Positions 1-12,866 of a stretch of DNA of 64,000 nucleotides are shown here, one piece after another. Source of the stretch: Cyanophora paradoxa CCMP329 (lineage: Eukaryota; Plantae; Glaucophyta). Made by a program: the position numbers and the translations under genes. Where the stretch lies: the NCBI GenBank assembly GCA_004431415.1, contig QPMI01000402.1:1-64000 (forward strand), given 5' to 3'. Every line of letters starts with the position of its first letter. The first letter of the stretch is position 1. Under the pieces are notes generated by a model. It did no database searches, was not told where the DNA came from, and saw only the letters and a program-made list of their open reading frames with translations.

Positions 1-373
1 TTACTAGTGATGAGCCTTTAACTGAGGGTTCTATTAGACACATTCTAGCAAAGCAGAAACGATATAGAGAGGACCCAGCATATAGAGAGTATAAGAAACA
101 ACAAGCCCTGGCATCCTATTATCGCAGAAAGCCCAAAAAGAGGAGCAGAGACCCAGAGGGAGACCGATTAAATATTATTTGCCTACTGATAGTAGCAATG
201 GACCCCACAGGTCTATAAGATACTTGAGAAAAAGCGGTCTCAGTATGCTACTGAGGCAGCTATTAAAAGTTTACAGACAGGAACTGGTGTTCGCAACAAA
301 AAAATGACTTAAAGGAAAAAGTAGATAGGTTGTATTGAGGAAAAATTATTTTCGTATCTACTATTAAAGAGAA

Positions 374-700
374 ATGCCGAATATCCGCAAGATACTCACA
401 GATGATGAAAAAGCAGAGAAGCTGAGACTGAAAAGGGAGCAAGATGCCCAAAGAAAACGCGAAGCCTATCATAAAAAGAAGGAGGAACGATTATCCCAAG
501 GAGCCGCTACAGTTCACACACCAGAAGAACTCAAAAAGATTGCCCTCAGACACCAGAGGAAATACAGGGAAAATGAAGAATATCGCGAGCAAAAAAAGGC
601 AAAAGCGCTGGAATATTACCACAAGAAGAAAGATGAACAGCCCAAGAAACCCAAAGAGCATAAACCGGTTGGAAGACCTCGGAAATATATCGAAGAATAA
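374..700 (+). CDS. Small basic coiled-coil protein with C-terminal AT-hook
   Basis: 108-aa K/R/E-rich ORF ending KPVGRPRKY (AT-hook-like GRP). A frameshifted paralog lies at ~60-180 (RYREDPAYREYKKQQALASYYRRK ... RPRGRPIKY). Confidence 0.6.
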   Translation: MPNIRKILTDDEKAEKLRLKREQDAQRKREAYHKKKEERLSQGAATVHTPEELKKIALRHQRKYRENEEYREQKKAKALEYYHKKKDEQPKKPKEHKPVGRPRKYIEE

Positions 701-918
701 ATTCTCGATCGAAACAAATTTTGTAGAAATCGATTTGATCGGAGGCAAAAAAAATGACAGCTTTCTTCCCTCTTTTTTAAAACTGTACCTATATATCGAG
801 ACAGTATCCCGACCCAAAACTACTTAAGGACTTGGCAAATAATAGGATATATATAAAAGACAATTCCTCCTTCCGAAATTATTTTCTTCGTTAAAGGTAG
901 AAGTCCCCAAAATCGAAA

Positions 919-3501
919 ATGAACAAAATCGAGAAATTCGCCACCCCTGTTGAAAATGCTACATTCCTTAGTACTCTCATTGGTGATCGCAACAAGGTCA
1001 CCCATGTATTTGATTCTGCTGAAGATGCCCTTGAAGCCATTGATAATAGCAAGGTTAAGACCTGGGCTGAATGCATTCAACCTGAGCAAGTCACCAGAGT
1101 TTACCTGGACCTGGATAAATTCGCTGATTTGAAGGAGAACATTGCTGAAAACTATGCTGAGGCTGAAACTGTTGTAAGAGAGATGAGAGATAAGCTATGG
1201 AAGCGATCTGGGACCACTTCGATTAACGATATTGCTGTTGCAGTTCGCCATAGAAGGGTTTATTTGATCAAGGAGGATGTCACCAAGTTCAAGATCTCAG
1301 CCCACTTTATCATTAAATCGCTTGCATGCAAACATGAAGATATCCCAAGCTTTTCAAAGCTATGGGATTGGTGAAAAATGAGGATTATGACAGTGGAGTT
1401 TACAGCTCCACACAGAACCTTATCTGCCTCAATTGCTGCAAAGGTGAGACTCTGGATGCTCAAAATAAATCAAAGAAAGATGTTGATAAAAACGTTTGCT
1501 TTAAGAAATTCGTTGACTGTGACAAAGTGTTAATGCGAAATGAGGACTTCTTTGTATCTTTCTTCTCAGCTTCTACTAAACTTGTGGATGAATCGAATAT
1601 TTCTGCATTCGCAAATTATAGCCCTGAGCCAAAACCAGTTAAAAAGGAGCCAAAAAGTGATAAAGTGAAGACTGAGAAGGTAGAAGCTGAAAAAGACACT
1701 GAACCCGAAAATCCTGTTACTTTCGAACTGCTACAAAGTGTTATAATGGGTCTGAATGGTGAGAGAGCTAATGAGTATAAAACTTGGATTGATGTAGGAC
1801 TGGTCATCATCAATGTTGGGGAAGACAACAAGTTCACCCTAAAATGCAAGCTGAACTCTTCCACCAATTCTCAGAACAGAGTGACAAGTATGATTATGAT
1901 GAATGCCAGGAGAAGTTTACACAGCTTCGCAGAAGCAAGAAGAAGGCTGAGCCTGGCAAAGTGTTGACCTTCAAATCCTTGGTTTATTGGTTGAGCAAAG
2001 ATAACAATGAGCTTTTCAAGGAACTCTTCCCCAAAAAGTATGCATTCCTACCAGAGGACACAGATGAAATCGATTACAAGACTGCAAGTATCCCTCCTTT
2101 GGCTGAACATTACAATGTGCATAAGAGGTATTTCAATGCTCGAATGCATCATGTTGAAAATGTTGGTTGTGTGATGCTCTGGGATGAACAACTACTTTGC
2201 TGGATGCCCAAAGATATTGGGAAGCTCTCTACAAAGCATTTCCCCCACTTGATGCATAAGGTGATTGTGAATGAGGGACAGATAATGAGAAAGAGAAATG
2301 GGAGCAATCATTTAGGAAATGGATTGTGGATCCAACAGCCACAAGATCAACTTACATGGATTTCCTCCCCTCCTGCTACTCTCAGTGCAAAATGCAAGTC
2401 TGTATTTAATCTCTATCCAGGAATGAAGGTCGACCATCAGCAATTCGAAAATGCTCCAGAGGATGTAACTGCTGAGATGATTAAGCCTTTCCTTGATCAC
2501 TTGTTCTTAATGTCTGGTGAGGATCAAAATACCTATGAATATCTGTTGAAATGGTTTGCCCACATGCTGCAAAAGCCTGGGGAACTCAATGGAGTATCCT
2601 TAATCTTCATTGGTGAGCAGGGAACTGGTAAAAATGTGTTGGTTGATACTTTCCAAAAGAAGATACTTGGAGATGCCCTAAGTTATGCAACTGGAAAGCC
2701 AAAAGAGGATCTGTTTGGTCGATTTGCCCACAATAGAGAGGATAAGATCTTGATTGTTGTGAATGAAGCCTCAGGCAAGGACACATTCGAAAATAATGAT
2801 ATGCTCAAAGATCTCATAACTTCTGATAAGATTGTAATTGAACACAAAGGGATAGATTCATACACAAAAAGCACTTTGCCAGGATTATATTCACGCAGCA
2901 ATAACAAATTCCAGTGAAATTGAAGCTGGAGATAGGCGATTGTGGTTGTTGAAGTTAGTAAGAATTCGCAAAGGATAGGTCATACTTCCTTCCACTTGTA
3001 AAATGGCTTAATGATCACTGCAATATTCGAAACATTGCCCTATTTGAGGAACAAAGTTGAATGTGAGGATGTGAACTGGATTTGCTGATAGACCCCTTAC
3101 AAATAATACTATTTAGCCCAACAGGTGTGCGCTCCAATCATTCTTATGTTCACTAAGGTGGCTTGTGGATGAGGCTTAATTTCCGAGAATAAATGCAAGT
3201 CTGGTGCCTTGTGGAAACCTGGAAGTGGTTCCAGGAGTTTATTACCAGCAATAAATAATAAAAACGATTATAATAGTCGCCGATATTATACTGAAATGAG
3301 AAGTGTTACATATATCCAAGTGAAAACTACAAATGGCAAACAATACTATCATTTCCTATTCCCACAAGTATTTAGGAATTCAGAAAGATGAAGCTTGTAG
3401 ATGATGAGACTATTGAGGAAGAAGCTAATCCAAGGATGAAACAAGAACTACCTGCTGCTGATCCTGATGCATCAGATTATGACTCTGATGTTGAAGTTTA
3501 G
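919..3501 (+). pseudogene. AEP primase-PriCT2-SF3 (D5-like) helicase, frameshifted
   Basis: ORFs 919-1374, 1362-1967 and 1844-2917 plus downstream fragments. AEP motifs RVYLDLD, KISAH and DSGVY; PriCT-2-like YKTWIDVG...FSEQSDKYD; Walker A GEQGTGKN; Walker B LIVVNEA; KDLIT..IEHKGID; SNN...GDRR. Confidence 0.85.
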
Positions 3502-4528
3502 GTTTACTCAAAAGTGGACTCACAGTTGACTCAATTTATATAAAAGACCAAACAGTCTTTTATTTATGGTTTATTTATCGATTAGGTTGACTAAGTGGGG
3601 GGAGTTGACTCATTTTTTCACAGATTCTAAAAGAGGACTCTGCCTAAAAAGAAATAAAAAGTGCCTCAACTCACCCACTAAGTCAACCAAAAATGATTTA
3701 AGAGATAGAAAAATATATTTATATGTAACTAGTAAGAAATGGCTGGAACAGATCATGATTCTGGATCGATCTATATGATTGAGAGTCAGGAAATGAACAA
3801 AGTCTACATAGGAAGAACTCACAGCCACTTCAAAAAAGATGGAGACACACAAATCAGGTCAAATGCCATCTACAGCAGACCTATGCAAGGCTTCTGATGT
3901 GAAGTTCTCAGTCCTGTATTCAAGTAAGAAGGGTGGGCATGAAGACCTAATGAACAGAGAAGCATATTACATGTATCTCTTTGAACCTTGGATAGTCAAT
4001 TTACAAAACCGAAATCCCGATTTAGGATTATAGTTTTTGCGATTCCATTCAGAGGAAGCCAGTGGATCCATTAAAACATTTTAAATTGCGTTTAGAACAT
4101 CCTAAAATAAAATCCCCTTAGAATAGGAACAAGTTAGGAATAATGCCCGAATTACCAACAAACTCATAAGGAGAAGAAATGGGAACTCATGGGATGCTGG
4201 GAACACTTTATGCAGCCCATGAAATTACAGAGGCTGAATATGACCGGGAAATAGATTAATTGCAAAGGGCAGACCCACTTTAAGCAGATTAACCAGAAAA
4301 GCAAATAACCTATATGGATAAAATTGAAACCTTGATGAATGGATAGGCTTAGGCAAATAGAACCAGATGCAGAAGATGGAACAGCCATGAATGAATTATA
4401 TCGCTGGCTCACTTACAGAGCCAGAAGGGAAGTTGTTGTAGATGTGATTGAATTCCTGGACAGAATTGCTACATCCCTTCTAATCGATTAAAGCAGGGTT
4501 AGATCAATTCAGGGCAATCAAGGTTCGC

Positions 4529-5200
4529 TTGTCTTTTATCTGCAAGTTCGTAAAAGTGAGCAATCCACAGGTTTGGATATCGAAATACATTTACAGTGAT
4601 TATTTTGTATTAACCAGGTCGAGAAATATTCGAACTGAGCTGAATAAAGCAGCCCAAATGTGTCAAGAGCAGATGAATGTGGTTGATAGCTATCGCTTGG
4701 AAAGAATCGAAATACTCAGAGTGGCTATTATGAGTTATGCTCCAACTGGTGGATGCTTTCTACAAACCCAGAGTGGATTGCTAGGAAGAAGAGCCACAGT
4801 GAATATTCGAAATATAGATGATCCTGCTTCGAAAATGCAATTTTGGCATATATTCACAGAAAAGCGATAAACTCCCATAAGAGGAATGAGCTTTCACAAT
4901 ATCGCAAATGGAAATACTCAGCAATCGCTTATAATCCGCGGCTCTGAATTTCGATAACATCCCATTCCCTGTTGCCTGTGATGCTGAGATTATTGATAAA
5001 TTCGAGGCTCAAAATGCAGGCATTAGCATTAATATATTTGGAATCGATGGAGAGGTTATTTATCCCTGCATCAATCCAGTAACCCAGGCAGAAGCATAAG
5101 GTTAATCTCATGCTGATATTTGATGATGAAGGGAATGGTCATTATATTACAATCATGTCCCTTTCAAGATTATTGAAAGTAAATCATGAAACATACTCCA
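4529..5200 (+). pseudogene. Fragment of Polinton-type DNA polymerase-associated N-terminal region
   Basis: Read across frames: RATVNIRNIDD..FENAILAYIH, NFDNIPFPV, IDKFEAQNAGISINIFG, VNLMLIFDDEGNGHYITIMSLSRLL. These resemble the conserved block that precedes the pPolB domain in Mavericks. Truncated at ~5200. Confidence 0.65.
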
Positions 5201-5514
5201 TACCAGTCCAGGGGCAATTAAATGGGATATCCCGGGCCGCTCGCACGGAACTAGATGCAGCAAATGCACGCACAGGCCCGTACCACACCCACCTGATTTT
5301 AGTTCCTAGCCAGGACCTCTTCTAACGTTCGGCCCGGCCCCCGCCCCCGGCCCCCGCCCCCGGCCCCTCCATTCCCGGCGGCGCCGGACCGCCCCGCGCG
5401 CGCCGCATAACCTCAACGCGCGCCCGAGCTCACGCGCGTCGGCCGCCGGCCGCCGCCCGCTCCCATCACGATTCGATCCCGGCCCCCGGCCCCCCCCCAT
5501 CACGGCGGCTCGCC

Positions 5515-7679
5515 CTACGTTATCGCTAGTCTTCCGAGCTCGAGAGTCGCTATCTGAGGACGTAGAGAGTCGCTGCTCGACCCGGAATCGGCGTCTACTT
5601 TCAGTTTTTCCAGCGTGAAGACGATGCAGTACTGCGCGAGGGGGCGCGGAATCGGGCGGGGCCGGCGCCGGCGGAGGGGACGCCGCGAACTCGCATCCGT
5701 GCCCTCGCTCGCCACACCTCGTGCTCCAGCATGTGCCCTGGCGGCCGCGGCGTCGACGGGGCGCCGTCGTCGGCAGGCATGGAGGGGGGGGGGGATAGGA
5801 TAGAGGGCGCGCACTCGAATAAAGACGACGTCGCGTGCCTTAGGTCGAGCGAGATGCCGAGGGCCGGAAAGCGGAGCCGGTGCAGGGGCGGTCCGCTTGC
5901 CCTCGGGGTGAAAGTAGACGAGGGCGGCGTAGGCTTCCTGCGCGTCGCTGCGGTCCGGTGGCCCTTTGATATCCTAGAGGGCCGTCGGCATCAACGAGGG
6001 CGGGAAAGGGAGCGAGGGGTAAACGGCAGCTCACGTTTCCGGCGGTTCATCCAGTGCATCGTCCAGGTTCCTGCGCGCCCGCGACCCGCGCGTCGGGCAC
6101 GAGCGGGCCCGGGGCCGGCGCACACGCGCTCGCGGACCGTAGCTGTACGGGTGCCGTTCGAGGACCTTCAGGGCGATCTCCGCCATGTCGCAACCGGCCT
6201 TGACGTCGATGGCGCAGAGGGCCGGGAACAGGTACTCGAGCACGCCGACGAGGTGGCCGTTGAGGAGGTGCAGCCGCCGGTTCGCGTTCGTGTCCGCGCC
6301 GTACTGCGGGTTCAGGAGATCTGGGAAAGGGCGGGTCGGCTCGCCCCGCGTCCCGCGCGCGTTCGGGCGGGGGGGTGGGGGCGGGGGCCGCGGACCGGGA
6401 TCGGGACGGTCGCGCCCTGGCCCCGCTGGACGCCGGTGACGATCCTCGGGCCGCGCTCGTGCTCCTTCTTCTTCTTCTTCTTGCCCCGGCGCGGCCGCGC
6501 GGTCGCGGCGGCCCGAGGCCTCCTCTTCGGCCGCTTGGCGAGAATCTCCCGCATCACGTCGAGCCGCCCCGTCCGCAGCGCCGCCTCGGCCGCCTCGCGC
6601 GCCTCGTCCAGCAGCTTCTGGTCCTGCGCGGCGGGCCCCGTCAGAGCCCGGGGCGCGCGCGGGGGGCGGGGCGGGGCGGGCCGGGCCGCACCCGGGCTTC
6701 GTTGTACATGATGCTGCGGCGGATGGAAACGTAAAGGCCGTGGAGGCGCAGGCGACGGCGGCGGCGACCGCTCGATCCCGGCGCCCTCGCGGAAGAGGCC
6801 GGGAGGTGGACGGCGGCGAGGGCGCCGCCAGGGAGATGCACGTCTGCGCCCGCGGTCCAAGACGTAGTCGTGCCGCGCCTCGTCCTCCTTGGAGCAGCCC
6901 GGCGGGAGCGGCGCGACGTAGGCGGCAACTTGCCCTGCGGGCGCGTGAGGCGCGGGCGGGCGCGGGGGAGGGGGCGCCGTACCTCGGCCCGCTGCTGCCG
7001 GATGAAGCGCGAGTCGACGCCGCCCCCGAGGAGATTGCAGGGCAGCGCGACGCGCCGCTCGGGAGATACGGCCCACGACGCCAGCGCCGAGGCGTGCGGC
7101 GGGCCGTGCGGACGCCCGAGAAAGGCCCCCTCGATCGCGCGCAGGGCGAGCAGGTCGACGGGCGGTGGGCTCAGCCCCAGCTCCGAGCCAAAGTGCTCCT
7201 CCATCCGTTCCGGCGGCCCCGTCATGCCTCGGGACGACGCCGAAAGGGAGCTGCGGGGGCGGCCGTCGGGGCGCGCGCGGGAGCCCCCCGCGACCCGGGG
7301 ACGCACGTACAGGACCTGGTCCGCCACCGACGGGGCCGAAGGATCGATAGCCGTATCGTCTCGTCGCGACCAGCTCGGCGCGTTTGTAGGGGCCTGCGGG
7401 GGATCCCCGTTGGGAGGGCGGAGGGGAAAGTGCGGGAGCAGACTCTTCGAGTACACGGGCCCGCCGGGCGCGGGCGTCTTTGACGCGGCGGCGCCGCGAG
7501 CGCCAGGCCGGACGCCTGGAGCTCCTCTTCCGGTTCATCCAGACGAGGCCGCCGCCGCCGCCGCCGCGCTCCGCCGGGGCCGACCCTCCCCCCGCACCCG
7601 CGGCGAGCGAGATGTTCATCATGCGTCCGCGCTGCGCGGCGCGCGCCTTTCTCGACGCGCGGGACGCCGCCGACGCCAT
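5515..7679 (-). CDS. Intron-rich hypothetical protein, divergent from the recombinase gene (exon limits approximate)
   Basis: Protein-like segments in alternating frames (DQKLLDEAREAAEAALRTGRLDVMREIL; LEYLFPALCAIDVKAGCDMAEIALKVLE; YCIVFTLEKLKVD), separated by short GC-rich GT..CAG stretches. Confidence 0.45.
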
Positions 7680-8257
7680 CCAGATGGGAACGGGCGCCTC
7701 GGGCGCGGCCGCGGGCCCGCTGACATCGCCGAGGTCGCTGCGATCACCTTCTCGATCGCGCGCTCTCTTCAGCGAGCTCCCGCCATGCCCGCCGAGGCGA
7801 CGCCTGCAACGGGCGGCCGCCGCGGCGACCGTTAGCCGCAGACGACGTCCGAAAGGGTCGAAATGCTTACCGGAGACTTTGGACACGCCCGGCGGTGTCG
7901 GAATCGATCGGAAAGTGCAAGTTCCCGAAGCGGGCGCGACCACGCCCGCCGATAGAGGTACCCGAGAACCGAGCTTGTGTGCGGATTGCTGGCCAAGCAA
8001 ACTACCGCAGCTGCGTGTAAGCTATCGTCTCGACACGGTTTACGGGAATCCGAGTGGCCGGATCGGCGTTTACGGGGACCAAACGTACCCCCCCCCGTTT
8101 ACGCCGTCCCATTTTTTTTTTTACAGTCGCTCGTTCCCCCCGCCCACGCGCACCCGCCCCTAACCCGCAAGCTCCCCGCGTCCTCTTTCAACGCATAAAT
8201 CGGAGCGCGCAGGCCCTTGCTATCGAGGCGCGCGCAGGCCGCGGGCGCAGCGGCGCC

Positions 8258-11200
8258 ATGTCGCTCGCGTTTGCGCGCGACTCGTGGGAGGTGGTCTCGT
8301 TCGACGCCTACGCCGGGCCCGAGCGCCTCCACGTGTTCCGCACCGACGCCGGGCCCGCGGCCGCCCTGCCCCAGGTTCAGCGCATATTCGGCAACGGACC
8401 CGCCGAGGCGGCGGAAGAGGCGGCGAGGCAGCTCACCGGACCGCACGGCCTCGCGTCGAGGCCGATCGCCGGCCCGCAGACGGAGAGCCTCATCCTCCTC
8501 TGGGAGATGCTCGCGATCGTGCCGCGGGGCCAGCTGCACCCGACCGAGAGCCCGCCGCGCGTCCTCTCCCTCCAGCACGTCGAGGAGCTGGCGTCGATCT
8601 GCTGGGAGGGGTCGGACAGCCCGCGGCTGCGGCACTGCTACCGGGACCTCACCTCGGCGATCGAGCGGCGGACGCAGGAGACGTTCGAGCGGTGCGACGT
8701 CAAGGTGCTCCACGTAGACGGGGCGAGGTTCTTCGCTCTGAAGGTCCGCCGGCTCGAAGTTCCGGAGGTCTCGCCCTGGTACATCCCGCTCGCCAGCATC
8801 GCCCAGTGCATCTACGGCGGCCCAAAGGACACGGCCAGCGTGCGGCGTGAGATCGCGAGGAGCCACCCGAGCCTCGGAGAGAACAGCCCGCACCGCTGGC
8901 TCGCGACGACGAAGACGCTCGGGCGCCCCCACTTTGCCACCCTGGCGAGAACGCTGGTCAGCTTCCTCGCGCTCTCCGGCGAGGCGGGGCAGGAGAACCT
9001 GGGGTCGGCTCGCAAGTGGTCCTTCCTGAGCCTCGAGGGGGCGGAGCAGCTCCTGGCCAAGCTTCCGGGCCGGGATCCCGCGTTCGGCCTCGCGTTCAAG
9101 AGGGCCTCGCTCGCCATCCGAGGCCACGATCCTGCGGAGATCGATTTGATGGTGCCCGAGCCCCGCCCGGCGCGGCGCCTGGCGATCTTCTCCAAGAGGG
9201 AGTGGCTAACGGTACCCCCCCCCCCCCCCCCCCCCCCCCCTCCGGCGCCGCACTCACCCCGGGCGCGCGTAGGATACGATGCTCGCAAACGTGATGACCC
9301 TCCTGCTGCACCGCATGAAGCCCAACGCGAGCGCCAAGGCCCTGTACCCCGCCAGCCTCGACACCATCGTCTCGATCCTGCGGCGATACGCCAAGATGAG
9401 CGACGAGAGGCGCCGAAAGCGGGCGCTATGGCACGCGGCAAACGGCGGGCTCGTTCTGTGCTTTGGCTGCACCGGCGGGGGGCAGGGCGGCGCGCAGAGG
9501 ACGTGGACGACGCGCGGCCACTGGGTCACGCTCGCCCTCGACGGCGCGAGCCGGTATACGCGCCCGCCCCATCCCCCCGCCCCCTCCCACGACCGCGCGC
9601 ACCGCGTCCCCGCAGGCGGTGCAGGTACTTTGACTCGCTCGGCGCGCCGCCGGATCCGAGGTTGAGGCGGGCGGCGAGCAAGGCCTTGCCGTCGTTTACG
9701 TGGGTCACGGAGCTTCCCGATCGCCTGCAAACGGACGGTCACTCCTGCGGTAAGGCCGGCGCCCTCGCCCGCGCGCGCGCACGCGCCGCGAACCGCGCGC
9801 ACCAGGGATATGGGCGCTGTGGTTCGCCGAGAGCCTCGCGCTGGAGGCGGCGACGCAGTACTCGTGGGAAGAGTACCTGAACGACGGCTCCATCGGATTC
9901 CTAAAGTCTGGTGAGGCGTTTACGAGCGAGCTCGGCGCTAAAAACACGCGCTTCATCGCACGGAGGTGCCTCTATTCGGCCCTCCCCGCCCCCGCCCCGC
10001 CCCCACCACGCCGAACCCCGCCCCCCGCAGGCGAGAGGCGTACCGGTCCTTGCTGGAGAGCGCCATCGTCGACACCAGCGATCTCCGCCTGTTCGAGATC
10101 GACGAGGACGTCGACAGCTGGGCCGTCGCGCTCCCCGCATCGAGCCGCGCGCCGCCGGGGGCGGGCGCCATCGAGGCCGCGGGCCCGGCGGCGCCGGGGG
10201 ACCCCTCGTCCTCGTCCGCGAGCTCGTCGTCGTCCGAGAGCGAGGCCGAGGGCGACGAGGGCGGCAGCGACGGCGACGCGCGCCCGCTCACGCCATCGAC
10301 CGCGCCGCCTCGCCCGCCGTCGGCTCGCCGCCGGCGCCCGTCGCGCTCGCCGTCGCCCGGACCGGCTCGCCCCCGGCCGGCGAGGCGCGGCAGCCGTACG
10401 CCCTGCACGAGGGCGCGTTTAGTCGGGCCCTGAAACTGCAGCTCGCGGCCTATCGGGAGTGGAGACAGGCACCGTTGAACGCCTCGCGCAAGGGCAACGC
10501 CGTCGAAAACTCGAGCCTGGCGAACGACCTGGGCATCATTCAGCGGCTGCTGGGCTACGTCCGCATGCGCGAGGGGCTGGAGGGCGAGCTCACCCTCGAT
10601 CTGATGAGCCGGGTCGACGCGGTCGAAATCGTGCTTCGTTTCTTCAAGTGAGGCGGGGCGGCGGGCGCGGTGGAGGGGGGGGGTGCGGGGGGCGTTTACC
10701 AAACGCCGCGGCAGGTTCCTGCGCGAGGAGCGGGGCACGCTGCCCGGGACGCTCGTGAGCTACGCCTCCACCCTCATCAACCTCGCCGCCTTTGTCGCGG
10801 GACGGGGCGGCGCGCCGGCGGGGAGCGAGGGCCCGCACGGTCAGGCCCTGCGCAACCTGCGGGTGAGCTTCCCTCCCGCCCCGCGCCGCCGCCCCCCGGG
10901 GGCGCGCCGACGCGCCGCGCGCACCCTCAGAACCAGCTCGTCGCCGAGTCCAAGGCGGAACGGAAGTGGAGAACGAGAAAAACGTGGGTCCGCTTCGAGG
11001 ACGTCGTTCGCGGGCGCGTCGAGGCCTACGCCGCGTTTCGCTCCGAGGAGCGGCCGCGGCAAAAGGCGAAGTACCTGAGGGAATCTCTCTTGCTTGGGTT
11101 CCTTTCGATCAGCCCGGCGCGGCCGGGCCTCCTCCAGCACCTGAAGATCGGCGAGACGCTGCGCAAGGACAACGGTCGGTGGAACATGTCGATCCTGAGC

Positions 11201-12866
11201 ATGCGGATCCAGGACGGCTCCGAGGAGGGCGCGCTCACCCACAAGACGGCGGTGCGGGGGGCCTCCCGCCGCGCCGCGCCGGGACGCGCGCCGCCGACGC
11301 CCCCATCCGCAGAAGCGGCACGGCGCCGTGATCGTCCCGGTCGCCCAGCAGCTCCAGGTGCGCGCCCCGCCCCGCCCCGCGCGCGCTCCGTCGACCGCTG
11401 CCGCGCGGCGCGTCAGGAGCCGCTAACAGAGTACGTGGAGAGCTTCCGGCGTCACCTGTTGAGCGAGGGCGCCAAGGACCAGGGGTACATCTTCTTCACC
11501 TCCGGCGGCGATGCGTTTCGCCGCGGGTCCTGGACCCTGTTCGCGAAACAGGTGAGGCGAGGCGCGCCGCCGGCGCGGGGCGGGGCTCACCCGGCGCAGG
11601 CCATGAGCCGCTGGACGGGCGTCGCCGTGCCGCCGCGGACGATGCGCGCCGTCGTGACGACCTGGGTGCGCGATCAGGCGGCCCAGGGGCGGATCGAGGG
11701 CGACGTCTGCACCAGCATCATCGAGGGGACGGCGCGCCTCCTCCAGCACACCCCGCGGACGGCGACGATGCACTACGATTGCAATAAGACGCAGCGCGAG
11801 GTGCGCCGCCCCCGCCCCGCACCCCCGGCCCCGCGCGCTCACCGGGCAAGAGGCGTGCGTGGCGCTGGCCTGGCTCGAGCGCGCCGCCGGCGAACTCGAG
11901 AAGCCGACGGTTGCCGCGCTCGAGGGGCCGGAGGGGCGGTCTTCGTCGGACGGGGACGGGGAGGAGGGGGAAGGCGAGCCCGGCGCCGCCGCCGGCGCCG
12001 CCGCCGCCGCCGCCTCGGACGACGGGGAGGAGGGCGGGAGCTCGGAGAGCGAGGACGGCGGGAGCTCGGAGGAGCTGAAGGAGGGCCTGCGCGTCGAGCG
12101 CGAGCTCGCCCGCGCCGAGGGGCGCTGGTGTCCCGAGTGCCGACGCATCTTCGGGACCCCCAGAGGCATCTCCCGCCATCGTTGCTCGCCGCGCACGCCC
12201 AAGGCGCGCGGTCGGAGCGACGACGACGACGAGGAGGATGAGGAGGAAGAGGAGGAGGAGGATCCGACGCCCAAGGCCCCGCGCCGCGAGCGCGGCCGCG
12301 GCGGGCGGGACGTGGCGGTCCGGGACCCGCCGGCGGAAGACGAGGGCGAGGGGTTGGACGAGGCTCCGAAGCGGGGTCGCCCCCGCGCGGCCGCCGGCCG
12401 CCGGCGCCCGCGCGAGCGGGAGGAGATGGCGCCTCCGCCGGCCCCCTGGCACATACGCCTGATCACGCCGAGCCCCATGCCTGCGCGGAGCGTCGTGGCG
12501 GCGATGGTGACTCGGCGGGGCGACCTCTTACCCACGACGGTCTTTGCGAGGCTCACGGCGACGGTGGGGCTCGCCTCGGGCCAGCAGGAGAACCGCCTCG
12601 TCGTTCTGCGCAGGTTCGGCACGCTCTGGACGCCCTCGAACGAGGGCGGGCCGGACGATTACACCTACCCGCGCGCGGCGGTGCCCGTCGAGTACCGCGC
12701 GACGAACGGGGCGATCGACGTGACGACGTCTGCCGAGGAGGTCATGCAGCGGCTCGGCGCGGCCGCCCGCGAGGCCCCGCCGGCGGCGCACCCGCCGGGA
12801 GGGCGCGGGAGCGCCACCGGCCGCCGCCGCGGCCGCCCGCCCAAGAACCTGAGGCGAGGGGCGTGA
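8258..12866 (+). CDS. Spliced multidomain protein: Ulp1/C48-type cysteine protease + tyrosine recombinase + acidic tail with zinc finger and AT-hooks
   Basis: About 10 GT-AG introns restore frame (e.g. 9212-9272, 9554-9615, 9750-9805, 9966-10030). Protease: GHWVTLALD..RYFDSLG..LQTDGHSCGIWALWFA. Recombinase: SPARPG (R), THKTA (K), PRTMR (HxxR box with H replaced), LQHTPRT (H), MHYD (Y). One frameshift is needed near the C-run at ~10370. Confidence 0.8.

Larger units (their letters stand above)
1..5200 (+). mobile_element. Degenerate Polinton/Maverick- or PLV-like element (AT-rich), truncated on the right
   Basis: Markedly AT-rich relative to the rest of the window and intronless. Carries a broken AEP-PriCT2-SF3 primase-helicase and a fragment resembling the N-terminal region of Polinton pPolB ORFs. 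Ends abruptly at the composition shift at ~5200-5320. Confidence 0.7.
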
